A stretch of 64,000 nucleotides of DNA from Hormiphora californensis (GCA_020137815.1 CM035352.1:9176001-9240000); one strand, 5' to 3'. Counted from the stretch's first letter, positions 22,901 through 58,472 are shown. Numbers and translations are program-made. The notes: a model not told the origin generated them from the sequence alone.

Positions 22901-25692
22901 GGGTGAAGAGGAAGGTTTCGTATTATTTGCAGTTAGAGACAGGACAGTCTCATATTATCATAATTATAACCGCAAATATATAAATTAGAGGGCATGACCG
23001 CAAATGCCCTGCAGACACGCATTTTAAAAGGGAGGTCCCTTCACAGCACCCAGTACTGCATTCCAGCCCACTCCCCCCCCTCAGTTGTAATAATCCAGTA
23101 TAATTCTCAGGTGAGTTATAATACTAAACATTCCAGTAATTCTCACCCTAAACAGGGTCTATCTCTGAATTTAAACACTCACTGTTAAGCCAGGATTCCT
23201 CTAGTTTTGTGGTGATTGTCCCCAGGTTTCCATTGTACCGTCCGATCAGGGGGTGGGAGGTGTCGTTAGTCAGATAGGACGCATAGAAAACACCACTACT
23301 GTCTGATAGGGAGATCATAGTCATAGCACCTGGGTGAATGGGGTCCTTACTCAACAACAATTTAGTAGCACTTGAGTAGAATGGGGTCATTCACAAGTTT
23401 TAGTAGCACTTGGGTGAATGGGGTCCTAGCTCAACAACAACTTCTTCAAGGGTGTGCCGCCCTGCTGCAGTACTTGCCCCTAGTACTAGTGGGAAAATTT
23501 AAGGGCTTAATTCTTACAAACTACGGAGAGAGAGGCCAGGGGTTTGCGTAATTCTCAGTGATTCTTGCTGAATATTATTCAATTCAACATTCAATACTCT
23601 TACTCTTCCGTGATCCTTATAGAGGTGTTACGATTGTAACGATAATAAAATGCAGTGCCAAACTTTCAGATAATAGAAAGTAAGGCACATTATAGGTTCC
23701 TGATCCTAAAGTTACTATAACAATGCACTGGAGTTACCTTCAACGGATGCGAGACTCCTCAGAGCATTGCTGGCTGTGGCTACAGATGCCAGATCAGTGA
23801 TAAAGTCTGATTGGATCTGCATTAGATCTGGATCTCTGAGGTTACAGCGTGGTATTCCGTCATTATGTCCACACACCAGAATCATCCTGGAGTGGTCCGT
23901 CTTTGCTTTAATCTGAAATATAGGACATGTGATGAGTCTGTACGTGGTTTTATAGTAGTTAGGTGAAGTGAAGGTGAAGTGTTTGGTAGTATCTATCTAG
24001 ATGGAAGAATGTCTTCCTGCCTGCTCATTGGTTGATATCACCCTTACTAGCCTGCTCATTGGCCCGTGAATGAAGCTTTAGTACTGTGCAGCAGCTTTCT
24101 ACTTCTTCTTCTTAGCCGTGTGTGTACTACTTGGGTGATTAAATAGACCACAAACACACACACCTTTGTGAAAAATCTCCCCACCCCACCCACCAAGCTT
24201 TACATGGGAACTCCCAACAATAGTATATTTCCCACCCCCTCTAAATGAAAGCATAAGGTTTTTACCCACACAGAAAGTTTTACCCATGCACACTCTCTAG
24301 ACGGAGTTTTATCTCTAAATATTTGCAGCAGACCAGCATACGGTGATTTACCATGTCAAGTGTGCAGTATGCAAAACTCATTTTGCATATAACCCTTCAT
24401 ATATAATACGAGGTTTTACCACGTGCGTTGCCTAGAGCTGGAGGGCCTCTTTCCATAACTGTTAATCAGTAAACAGAGGACCACCCCCGGGTGCTAATAA
24501 TAAGGAATGAACCCAATCTGGCGAAGCATGATCCGAGTATCTTTTGGATGCAAAAGTTCGACATTCTATAACGTTCTATTAGAGTACCGTAGAAGCCTTG
24601 TTAAAAGGTTTTTAACAAACTCCCGGAAGGGAGGGCCGCTAATGGGAAAATTGCAATTTCGTTGGGCTAAACCTCTAACCAGGATAAAACTAGGATATAG
24701 CAGTACATGTCTGTGAAAACTCTGTCGCCTTTCCTGATTAGAACGAAAAGAAACGCTTTCTTTAAACTCAGACCCCCCAACTCAACTAGAAGTGCCCCCC
24801 CCCCCCCTGACAGAAGCGCCTTCTTCTATAGAATCTCAGTTAGAAGGCTCCCCGATTTACCGGAACTAGAGCTAGAAGCGTCCCGCTCCCGTCCCGCTGG
24901 ATAAATGGGGTGGTCCCCTATATCATCCGCCTGGGTAGACTTCTAAAGCTGATACATGTAGCTAGGGGGGGTATAAGCTTTGTGTAGCCGCCAGCCTCGC
25001 TTCCGACACCTCAATTTGTCAAGTCCATCCCTGATTCCGCCCCTATTATATGGATCAGCTGACATGGGCAGGCTCTTTGGGGACCCCGTTATATGATTAA
25101 TGGATGAATTCACCCAACTAGAACCCCCCTCCCAACTAGAACCCCTTCCCTCCCAACTAGAACCCCTTCCCTCCCAAGAAAACCCCAAAAGCAAAGCATC
25201 CTGTTATATGTATCATCTCGAATTATCCACCAATTTAACTAACATTTCTTTCGAACAGTATGTCCATAGTCCTATCCTCGCTGTCAGAGCATTGGCCTGA
25301 CAGTATCCTTGGGTAAAACGTTTATGCAGTATTTAAACTCTCATAACCTCTGTCAGAGCATTGGCCTGACCCTATTCTCATTGGCCTGACAGCTCATAAC
25401 CTTTAAGTTTTTGGAAATGACAACTTACCCCAATCAGTCGTGGGTTGATCCACATCATGTGCTGTGTAAAATCAGCACAGCTTGTATCTGATGGAGAACA
25501 GGACAACACCTCAAATTTGGGCATGTAGGCTCTCTTGACAAAGTGTATCTTGGCGAGTTTGTTCCGGGCCCCGAGGAACACATCATTCTCGTGTGTTAGG
25601 AAGGTTTTGATGGAGGTGACATAGGACTCACTGAACTTTGCATACCTTGCACCATCACATGCTGTTACTAGTAGCAACACTAGCAACAACAT
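16134..25692 (-). CDS. Secreted semaphorin (signal peptide - Sema - PSI - polybasic tail), 10 exons, ~542 aa
   Basis: Phase-consistent GT-AG exons 25692-25429, 23912-23738, 23329-23183, 21342-21207, 19744-19596, 19093-18931, 18577-18479, 18320-18244, 18052-17928, 16427-16134. Motifs VFLGARN, ILVCG..PRC, WLNNANFV, MYFLFKELA..SRIARVCLQDPGG, FTKATLTC, LYGIFS..SAICSY; PSI CRRFTTCEACVNARDPYCGYC. Confidence 0.9.
19780..20724. repeat. ~38-bp intronic minisatellite
   Basis: (gggtagacggagttagtgccctgaatgagtgagaacctg)n, over 20 copies, in a semaphorin intron. Confidence 0.95.
21471..22818. mobile_element. Non-autonomous hAT-type element
   Basis: TIR caggaa(a/g)cgaccgaa; 8-bp TSD ATCTAAAG (21463-21470, 22819-22826); (ccgaa)n subterminal arrays; internal inverted duplications. 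Confidence 0.85.
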
Positions 25693-26039
25693 ACTAGAAA
25701 ATAGGAATTGTGAAAACAAAGTAGAAAGTTTCTGGGGAACTTTTGTCGACTTTTCAAAACAATTGTTTAAGCTGAGATGTCTGATCGATCAGATCTGATT
25801 CCACTGTCAAAATGGGGCCAGGCAACGCAAGACAGACGCTTAGGGCCTGTTGAGGACCAGAACAAGCATACCAATATGAAACAAAAAGGGCCTGTACTTT
25901 GGACAAATATACAGTGTAGTAGTGTAGTAGTGAAATAGTAGTAGTGAAATAGAGTAAGTGTAACGATCACTCTGCAGTAGTGAAACTCTAAACTGCTTTG
26001 GGGATGTGCTTCACAACCTAGAGACGGGCAATACAATCG

Positions 26040-26350
26040 CAATGACATAGAGAGAGATGCAGTGACAAAGAGAGAGATGGAGTGACAAAGAGAGAGATGC
26101 AGTGACAAAGAGAGATGCAGTGACAAAGAGAGAGAGATGCAGTGACAAAGAGAGATGCAGTGACAAAGAGAGAGAGATGCAGTGACAAAGAGAGATGCAG
26201 TGACAAAAAGAGAGAGATGCAGTGACAAAAAGAGAGATGGAGTGACAAAGAGAGAGATGCAGTGACATAGAGAGAGATGCAGTGACAAAGAGAGAGATGC
26301 AGTGACAAAGAGAGAGATGCAGTGACAAAGAGAGAGATGGAGTGACAAAG
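26040..26350. repeat. 20-24-bp minisatellite (cagtgacaaagagagagatg)n followed by (GA)n tracts
   Basis: Read directly. Confidence 0.9.
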
Positions 26351-26504
26351 AAGGCTAATAATATGATATGTTTTATACACACATGCGGAAAACCATATCA
26401 CAAACTAGTGCAAAACAAATAAACTGTAACGGCTTGTAGTATGTTGGGGAGCGGGAGAGAGAGAGAGAGAGGGAGTGGAATAGAGAGAGAGAGAGAGAGA
26501 GAGA

Positions 26505-26571
<67 letters not shown>

Positions 26572-26634
26572 GGAGAGAGAGAGAGAGAGAGAAAAGACAG
26601 AAGGAGAGAAGAGAGCGCGAGCGAGAAAAAGAGT

Positions 26635-26673
<39 letters not shown>

Positions 26674-27905
26674 TGAGAGAGTGAGTTACGGAAAGGGAAT
26701 GCGACAGTGAACGAGAGAGTTATTGGTTGTAGTTAGAAGAGAGTGAGAGAGTTATTGGTTTTAGTTAGAAGAGAGATATTCTGATGAGAGAGACAGAAAG
26801 TTAGTGGAGAGAGAGAGATGAGAGAAACATAGTGTAGAGAAAGAGAGAGATGAGAGAAATACAGTGTAGAGAGAGAGAGAGATGAGAGAAAGTTAGTGGA
26901 GAGAGAGAGATGAGAGAAATACAGTAGAGAGAGAAAGAGAAAGAGAGAAGAGCCCTTCCTAAAACGCGTGACATACCATGTGATATGGGTCACGTGACAA
27001 GGTCACATGACCCTACCAGACAGAGCACGGTGCTCCTGAAGGACGGTCAACCTCGACCAGAGCCCCTAGCCAAACCACCGGTTGTGTGACCGAGAGGGGA
27101 CCTCTGGGAACCGTGGAGCACCGTTTAGAAAAATATATGGCGGGGGCCTTAGCCGGAAAATTGATAGAACGATAGCTATCGTTTTTTTCACTTGAACAAT
27201 ACGACCTTTTCAAAAATGATTCCTTGATCAGCAAGATATAGTGTACCCCCACCTATTTTTTGACGTAGAATCGAATGCTGTTGAAGTCAAATCTCTAAAA
27301 TGTTGGAAAAATGGTGAAAATCGCGTTTTTAGGTGATTTTTGGTGAAAAAAGTGCTCAAACTGGTACTAGATGATGAGATAGAGTCCCAAAAGTATGACA
27401 AATCGCTTTTTTGGGACCTTTTTGCCCTAGAAGCAGATTTTTATGAAAATCTGGTACAGCGCCTATTCTCCGTATACTTTCAAAGAAGGTGAATATTGCT
27501 CTAATTGGGTGGATATATTCCAGAGGGTGAAACACGAGTAGCTATTACCCGGCCTGCCATCCCCCCCCCTATTACCAGGTTTATATCACACTTGCAACCA
27601 ATGATTAGTTTAAGGGTACACCTGGCGTTTTTCAACATCGAGTGCCCAACCAAATGACTTCACCAGGGTTTAGGCCATACAAAATGGACCTCAAATATGC
27701 AATTTTAGCCCTAAATTCGAATTCATATTTTTGCTACAGCCTATTTTCAAAGTAGCGTTTTTTCAATTTTTGTTGGAATTTTTAACCTCAGGACCACTTT
27801 TTTTGAGATAGAAACATTAAATTCTTGGAATTTGAAGAGAATATAAAGGTGAATAAGCCCAAAGAAGGATTTTTGAAATGGAGCTTATTTCTGGCCATGA
27901 GAACG

Positions 27906-27947
27906 GTTTCAAACTTTTCAACACTACTTTAAACAAATTAATTTGAG
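27906..27947 (+). other. Retroposed ctenophore-type spliced-leader (SL) exon at the LINE 5' end
   Basis: gtttcaaacttttcaacactactttaaacaaattaatttgag matches the ctenophore SL as I recall it (GAGTTTCAAACTTTTCAACACTACTTTAAACAAATTAATTTGAG). It is followed by GC-rich LINE 5' UTR, not by a GT donor, so it is not an SL RNA gene. Confidence 0.85.
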
Positions 27948-27992
27948 GCGCGCGCCCGTGCGTTTTCGAATATCCCTCTGTAGGCTCTAGCC

Positions 27993-29396
27993 ATGCCAGA
28001 TATGACAAATATGGCTACACCTACGGATGACAAAAGTGATGGCAATGCCCTTGCCGTTGGAAATCTTGTAAACGCAGCAGATCCTCTTACCAAAAAGGTC
28101 CTGTCTGCCTACCGCCATGATGTGGATTACACCAAGAATCTGGACATCATCCGCACATTCAATTGTGCCCACCTGGAAGCCGCTGCATCATTTTTCGGTG
28201 CATCCCCCGGCTCACATGCAGACAAAACTAAGCGGTACCAGAACCGCACTACACTAGCTGACTACATCATCATTCAGCTGGAAAGTCATTTTCCCTGTGA
28301 TTGTGAGGGCTGTGGAGAAGGATATGCAGTTAAACTAGGTGAATCTCCTCGTGTCCGCTGTTTTCTTTGCCAGCAGGGGTCTCATGATTGCGAGGCTATG
28401 GATGGCACCCTTGGGTCCTTGACGGGGTCGGTCTGGTTGTGTCTGCCGTGCAAGGACAAAAACAACAAAATTGAAACCTTCATGTGCAACCGAAGTGCTG
28501 AAGATCCAGAATCAGTGTTATCTGATGAGGAATACGAGTTCAAAATCAGTCCGAAGGCAGGCCGTAGCGGTAAGAAGAAGAGGAAGAAGAAACAAGCTCC
28601 TGTCAAGAAAGATCCTGATGATCTGGTAACTCCTGTTGGTGGAGTGACAGTTCTAAAAGATGTGGATCTTGGAGACGTATCTTCTGATGGAGAGGTGAAA
28701 CAGCAAGGTGTTCCCAAATTCAGCAATGTTTGTGAACGTTATCTACTGAGAGACTGTCCTCATGGCCCAAATGGTGACAAGTTGATTAGTGGTAAGCCTT
28801 GCAGCAAGGAACATCCCCAGAAATGCCTCCGTTATTGTCAGTACGGAACGGCAACTCGTTCTGGGTGTAACTTTGGTGATAAGTGTCAGAATTTTCACCC
28901 ACCTCTCTGCCATAATTCTGAGATCTCCCGAGTCTGTACCGACAAAGAATGTAAAGACACACATTTAAAGAACACTCGGAGAAGTGAAGTAGCCCCTGCT
29001 AAGGGTAATTCATTGAAGAGTACTGGTAACAAAACCAGTGATCTCTCTCAGAAAGTGGAGCAGAAAGAGCCCCGTCGCTCAGCTCCTCCAAACCCAAAGA
29101 AGAAGAAGAAGAAGATTAACAAAACTGAGACCGATCCCCGTGCCGCGACCAATGACATCCGTTCACAAGAGGATTTTCTCATGGCATTGATGGCCTCAGT
29201 GAGGGACGAGATTCTTCGAGAAGTAAAGACGTCACTGAACTCATCTCTACAGTCCTTCAGGGAAGAGATGACGAGGGAACACACACCCCGGCCCAAACAT
29301 CTGACACTCACACAACCAGGCCTGAACACCCCGACCAACTACCAAGGGGTTCTGGAGCGGTTTCGGAATTACTCCTCATCAACGCCCGCAGTTTAA
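27993..29396 (+). CDS. LINE ORF1 (PHD-like finger, CCCH fingers, basic tracts, coiled coil)
   Basis: CDCEGC..CFLCQQGSHDC..WLCLPC; CERYLLRDCPHG, CLRYCQYG..GCNFGDKCQNFHP, CHNS..CTDKECKDTH. Confidence 0.9.
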   Translation: MPDMTNMATPTDDKSDGNALAVGNLVNAADPLTKKVLSAYRHDVDYTKNLDIIRTFNCAHLEAAASFFGASPGSHADKTKRYQNRTTLADYIIIQLESHFPCDCEGCGEGYAVKLGESPRVRCFLCQQGSHDCEAMDGTLGSLTGSVWLCLPCKDKNNKIETFMCNRSAEDPESVLSDEEYEFKISPKAGRSGKKKRKKKQAPVKKDPDDLVTPVGGVTVLKDVDLGDVSSDGEVKQQGVPKFSNVCERYLLRDCPHGPNGDKLISGKPCSKEHPQKCLRYCQYGTATRSGCNFGDKCQNFHPPLCHNSEISRVCTDKECKDTHLKNTRRSEVAPAKGNSLKSTGNKTSDLSQKVEQKEPRRSAPPNPKKKKKKINKTETDPRAATNDIRSQEDFLMALMASVRDEILREVKTSLNSSLQSFREEMTREHTPRPKHLTLTQPGLNTPTNYQGVLERFRNYSSSTPAV

Positions 29397-32305
29397 CGCC
29401 TTCCGCGGCTAGTGACTGTCGGTGGAAGTTTTCTTTTATCAAGGACTCATTGGAGAATCCGTCAATACCCATCCTTTGCACCGGTATTACGGAGACCTGG
29501 TGGCATGATGATTTCTCTGATGCCCAATTGGAGATTGAAGGCTTTCACCTAACTCGTTGTGACAGAGCGGGTAGAAGAGGTGGCGGTTGTGCACTCTACA
29601 TTAACAATCAACTGACCCCTTCCTCTGAGTTCAGATTCTCAGACACGTCCAATAGTGCGGCTGCTGTATACATCAAGGAGACCCACTCGGTTTTCTGTGT
29701 TGTGTACAGGGCGCCATCTTCCCCTGCGAATGACCTTTTTGATGATCTATCCCGTTTCATTGATCAGTGCGAACTCGACAAGGGTTGTCCTGACATCTAT
29801 GTTATGGGCGACTTCAATATGCCAGACATAGACTGGGGAACACTCACTGGAGGACCTAACCCTTGCTCACAGATGCTACTAAAATTTGTGAACTCATATT
29901 TTCTCACTCAGCTTGTTGACTCCCCAACACGGGGCTTGAATATTCTAGACCTCGTTCTCACCAACCGGCCAGACTATGTCTTCAAAACTGAGGTATCGGA
30001 GTCGTGTATTTCTGACCATAATATGATCAGCTCTACACTTGGGTTTGGTATCTTACCCACTCGTCAATCAGACCATCGATTCACGGACTTTGATATTTAC
30101 AACTTTCATGAGGCTAACTTCCCTGAAATGTGTAGGGAGTTAGACCAGATCGATTGGCTAGCACTCGCCGACATCTGCGATGACGGTGATGGTTCTGATT
30201 TCGTTCAACTTTTCACCCTGACTGTTCTACAGGTCTTATCTCACCACTCTCGTAAGAAGAAGGCCCGTAAAAAAAGAAGGGACCCTGTTCTCAGGAAATT
30301 GAAAGTGAAACAGCGGAGTTTGAATAAACGGATTGCTCTTGCACGGCAGAATAAACCTCACCTTTTGCCACAGCTCGAGATTGGTGTTTCCAGAATTACT
30401 TGGGAAATTTTGTGCCACATTTCTCAGCGACTTGACAGTGATGAAAACGAGGTGTTGACAAAACTCAAAGCTAACCCAAAATTCTTCTGGTCATACGCCA
30501 ACCGAAAGAGGAAGACCCGGTCACGTATACCTCCTTTACAGACAATTGATGGTTCACTCACTGACGTTCCCGCTATGAAGGCAGAACTGTTTCAGTCACA
30601 ATTCACATCTGTTTTCAGCACTCCTTCAAACTCTTCCTCAACAGCTGCAGACAACATCATTCCTTCTACATGCAGCCTTTCAGACATCGTTTTCTCCACC
30701 GCTGATATTGAAAAGGCACTACATGACCTCAATCCCTATTCAGCCGGCCCTCCAGGAGATGTACCTGCCAGAATTTTACGTGACTGCCGATCATCGCTGT
30801 CCTACCCCCTATCCATCTTATGGGCCAAATCGTTTGATTCTGGTATTGTACCACCCTGTCTGAAACTTCAGTACATTGCACCCCTCTACAAAAAGGGTCC
30901 TAAAATGAAAGCTGAAAATTACCGCCCGATCTCCCTCACCAGTCACATTGCCAAGACATTTGAACGGGTTGTAAGATCTCAAATGGTGTCATACTTTGAA
31001 TCAGAGAACTTGTTTAACGAGTCTCAGCATGGGTTTAGAAGCAAGAGGAGCTGCTTATCCCAACTCACTCGTCACATTGACAATATTCTGAACAATCTCA
31101 ACGACCTTCTTGAAGTGGATGTAATCTACTTGGACTTCGAGAAGGCGTTTGATAAAGTTGACATCGGTATACTTCTCGAAAAGCTGCAGAGATATGGAGT
31201 TAAGGGCAAACTCCTTGAATGGATCCGCAGCTTCCTACTAGACCGGAAACAAACGGTCTTAGTCGACGGCGTAGCGTCTTCTTTTGCAGAAGTCAGAAGT
31301 GGGGTCCCACAAGGGACTGTTCTCGGTCCACTTTTATTTCTGATCTATGTAATTGACCTGGAATCCGTAATCAAACACGGTTCTTCTTTGTCGTTCGCTG
31401 ATGACACTAAAATCTTCTCTGCTATCCGTACTATGGTTGACAAATTGAACCTACAGGAGGATCTGAACAGTGTGATAACCTGGGCTGACGCTAACAATAT
31501 GTCCCTGCACCAGTCAAAGTTCGAGGTCATGAATTTCACCCTGAATCACACCAGTTCGCTTAGAGAAGTACCGTTCAGTGCTGGGAACTATTCCTATCAA
31601 CTCTCTGATGGGAGGTTCATCGATCCAACAGACACTGTCCGAGACTTAGGTGTTCTACTCTCGAGTGATGGTCAATGGTCGGCCCAAATATCTCGAGTTG
31701 TTACCACGGCTAGTCGGGTTGCTGGATGGACATTAAGTGCATTTAGATCCAGAACTCGCCGCACCATGATGACTCTTTACAAGTCACTGGTGCGTCCCCA
31801 TCTTGACTACTGTTGCACACTGTGGTCACCTTCCAAAAATGGGGATATTAGTCGTGTTGAGGATATTCAACGATCGTACACCCGTAAGATCGTTGGTCTC
31901 AAGGGGCTGAACTACTGGCAACGTCTTCAAACCCTGGGACTTTTGTCGCTTCAGCGCCGACGTGAGAGGTACACTATGATTCTTGTGTGGAAAGTGTACA
32001 ACAATGAGATACCCAACAGTACTGACATGTGTTTCGTCGACAGGCACCGCTCTGGCCCTAGTGCTGTCGTCCCTCGATACTCGTACGAGGCTCAACGATC
32101 TAACCTGTCGCTATATGAACAATCATTTGCAGTACTGGGGGCAAGGTTGTGGAACACTTTGCCTCGATCTGTAAAGGAGGCCCCAACTCTTTATCAGTTC
32201 AAATCTCAGCTAGGTAGTTTCCTCTCTACCATTCCGGATACACCCCCCATCAGCGGTTATCCTGCTCAAGCAAACAGTAACTCAATACTAGAGTGGTGTC
32301 CATGA
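29156..32305 (+). CDS. LINE ORF2 (APE endonuclease + reverse transcriptase); frame open from 29156, no AUG before the APE domain
   Basis: LLINARSL, GITETW, VYRAP, MGDFN, LDLVLT, SDH (APE); NYRPISLTS, QHGF, LDFEKAFDKV, GVPQGTVLGPLLF, FADD (RT). Upstream in-frame stop TGA at 29153-29155. Confidence 0.92.
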   Translation, partial: HPFTRGFSHGIDGLSEGRDSSRSKDVTELISTVLQGRDDEGTHTPAQTSDTHTTRPEHPDQLPRGSGAVSELLLINARSLTPSAASDCRWKFSFIKDSLENPSIPILCTGITETWWHDDFSDAQLEIEGFHLTRCDRAGRRGGGCALYINNQLTPSSEFRFSDTSNSAAAVYIKETHSVFCVVYRAPSSPANDLFDDLSRFIDQCELDKGCPDIYVMGDFNMPDIDWGTLTGGPNPCSQMLLKFVNSYFLTQLVDSPTRGLNILDLVLTNRPDYVFKTEVSESCISDHNMISSTLGFGILPTRQSDHRFTDFDIYNFHEANFPEMCRELDQIDWLALADICDDGDGSDFVQLFTLTVLQVLSHHSRKKKARKKRRDPVLRKLKVKQRSLNKRIALARQNKPHLLPQLEIGVSRITWEILCHISQRLDSDENEVLTKLKANPKFFWSYANRKRKTRSRIPPLQTIDGSLTDVPAMKAELFQSQFTSVFSTPSNSSSTAADNIIPSTCSLSDIVFSTADIEKALHDLNPYSAGPPGDVPARILRDCRSSLSYPLSILWAKSFDSGIVPPCLKLQYIAPLYKKGPKMKAENYRPISLTSHIAKTFERVVRSQMVSYFESENLFNESQHGFRSKRSCLSQLTRHIDNILNNLNDLLEVDVIYLDFEKAFDKVDIGILLEKLQRYGVKGKLLEWIRSFLLDRKQTVLVDGVASSFAEVRSGVPQGTVLGPLLFLIYVIDLESVIKHGSSLSFADDTKIFSAIRTMVDKLNLQEDLNSVITWADANNMSLHQSKFEVMNFTLNHTSSLREVPFSAGNYSYQLSDGRFIDPTDTVRDLGVLLSSDGQWSAQISRVVTTASRVAGWTLSAFRSRTRRTMMTLYKSLVRPHLDYCCTLWSPSKNGDISRVEDIQRSYTRKIVGLKGLNYWQRLQTLGLLSLQRRRERYTMILVWKVYNNEIPNSTDMCFVDRHRSGPSAVVPRYSYEAQRSNLSLYEQSFAVLGARLWNTLPRSVKEAPTLYQFKSQLGSFLSTIPDTPPISGYPAQANSNSILEWCP

Positions 32306-34224
32306 TGCGTGTTAGTGTGTTATGTGTCGCTGTGCTGTGAGTGTACTGAGTATTGACTCTTTTTAGGAGGTTTATCTTTTTAAATATCCTGTGTGTTACG
32401 CAAATTTATGAATTTGATTTGATTTGATTTGTTTACTTTTTTGCATCTTTGACACGCTGGGTGAGAATGTTCCCATGCTTCATTAGAGATGAAAATCTGG
32501 AAATAGTTGCTCAAAACGATTATCTATGTGGCCCAAAAATTTTGGAACTTTCCCGCCAAAGATGTGGTGTACAGAGCGTGTTTTGTGAAACCCGTCTTTT
32601 TGAAAAAGAGGGAAATTCCCTGTATCTCAAAAACGGATGATCGTAGAGACCTGCGACCAAGCTTAATCGATTCAGAAGGTCCAATTTTGGGGGGGTCGTC
32701 TCAGAGACATTTTGCTCCTACTCCAACCGTTTTTGCTGTAATTGCGAAAAAGGTATCAGCAAGTAAGGGGGAAATCAGCCCGAAGCAGGCTACTGGAATA
32801 GAGTCGTTCCCCCTTTTCATAGAATTGGTTTTTTTGCAATTACAGCAAAAACAGTTGGAGTAGGAGCAAAATGTCTCTCAGAAGACCCCCCCAAAATCGG
32901 ACCTCCTGAATCGATTAAGCTTAGTCCCAGGTCTCTACGATCGTCCGTTTTTGAGATACAGGGAATTTCCCTCTTTTTCAAAAAGACGGGTTTCACAAAA
33001 CAAGCTCTGTACACCACATCTTTCGCGGGAAAGTTCCAAAATTTTTGGGCCACATAGATAATCGTTTTGAGCAACTATTTCCAGATTTTCATCTCTAATG
33101 AAGCATGGGAACATTCTCACCCAGCGTGTCAAAGACGCAAAAAAGTAAACCGTTCTCATGGCCAGAAATAAGCTCCATTTCAAAAATCCTTCTTTGGGCT
33201 TATTTACCTTTATATTCTCTTCAAATTCCAAGAATTTAATGTTTCTATCTCAAAAAAAGTGGTCCTGAGGTTAAAAATTCCAACAAAAATTGAAAAAACG
33301 CTACTTTGAAAATAGGCTGTAGCAAAAATATGAATTCGAATTTAGGGCTGAAATTGCATATTTGAGGTCCATTTTGTATGGCCTAAACCCTGGTGAAGTC
33401 ATTTGGTTGGGCACTCGATGTTGAAAAACGCCAGGTGTACCCTTAAAGGGCCCCTGATCATCAGCTGGTAGTGAATCATTGATCACACATTATATTGAGA
33501 TCATCCAACCTTACTAGTCTTTGGTACATGCCGTCAGGAGCACAAAACACTGAGAAAGTTCTCACACTTTTACATTGTAAAATTTACATTGACGAGTCAG
33601 GGGTTACTACACCAGGAAGTTTCTAATAGGAACTGCACAGTCGATCGATTATTGGACACATTATATGACACATATGTTCAATCAACAATGACCATTCCCA
33701 GAGTTATCTGTTGTATTAGTAAACAACTGTAGTGTCGTTAGCTGTAGTTGATTCCATAGAGCAACCATACATTAACAGAATTGAGATTACAGCGGTTTAC
33801 GTCATAAGTAAGATTACAATTCATACATTTTATTTTCCGGGAAGTAAATTTCGAAAATTAACAATATAACAAGTAACAACACAATTCAACACTGTCTACT
33901 TACTGCGATTTATCCAGACCAAAACGTTGTTTCTCTTTATCTAACAATGTTACAACTCATAGAAAGCATAGAATTATGCAGACTAAATTATTATCTCACA
34001 GCTCTTTATCTCATTGCGCTTGGGCAATTTCAATTTGCCCTCCCGTCTACTTTTGCTTAAGATCACGTTGGGTTTTTCTAGGTTCTGAAACGTGATCATG
34101 CGTCTAGAAATAATGTCATAGAGGGCTGCACTCTGCAGATTCTTCTCATGGACACATTTGATACAGATTGATATAAGTGCAAGAGAACACTTGACTACCT
34201 ATAAGTTTGAGTTTTTTTAAACTA

Positions 34225-58110
<23,886 letters not shown>

Positions 58111-58472
58111 CTGTAGAAAGACAAAACTCGGAACAATGTAAGATTCCCTCAACCATTGATTCATGTCTAAAGTCTAAAGATATATGGTGAAATAGAGCTA
58201 GGGTAATAAGGTTAGGAACATTTTTCTCATATTGTTGAACTTAAAAATTAAAAGACATATTTTATAGTGGTTATACCTAAATACCCGTATGCCAGACCTC
58301 AATGCAGCTTAAAAAGCTGCCTATATGTTTGACGTAGGGTCATATTTTTCAACTTAAAAGACGCAAATTCATTATGGGGGGTCTTTATACTTGGAAAATA
58401 TTCACCATATTCTTCTCTCGAATAAAACAAGAAAAAAACCCTAGTATTTAGCGTATAATATAAGAAATAAGA

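Larger units (their letters stand above)
27906..32434 (+). mobile_element. Full-length APE-RT non-LTR retrotransposon (CR1/L2/Daphne group)
   Basis: Two open ORFs, short 3' UTR, (gattt)n tail at 32410-32431, GTTT at both junctions; the flanks rejoin into the host TIR arm. Confidence 0.95.
27614..33442. mobile_element. Foldback-type non-autonomous DNA element (Kolobok/Sola3-like, TTAA TSD), left arm split by the LINE
   Basis: TTAA|gggtacacctggcg ... cgccaggtgtaccc|TTAA. Left arm 27614-27909 + 32431-32750 is the reverse complement of right arm ~32827-33442; short central spacer. Confidence 0.85.

Noticed and set aside
27906-27947. SL RNA gene
   Set aside because: No GT donor, Sm-site-like intron portion or array context follows the exon, and it lies inside the LINE boundary.
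32449-33486. Mirror-image ORFs on both strands
   Set aside because: Product of the foldback palindrome; no recognisable domain.
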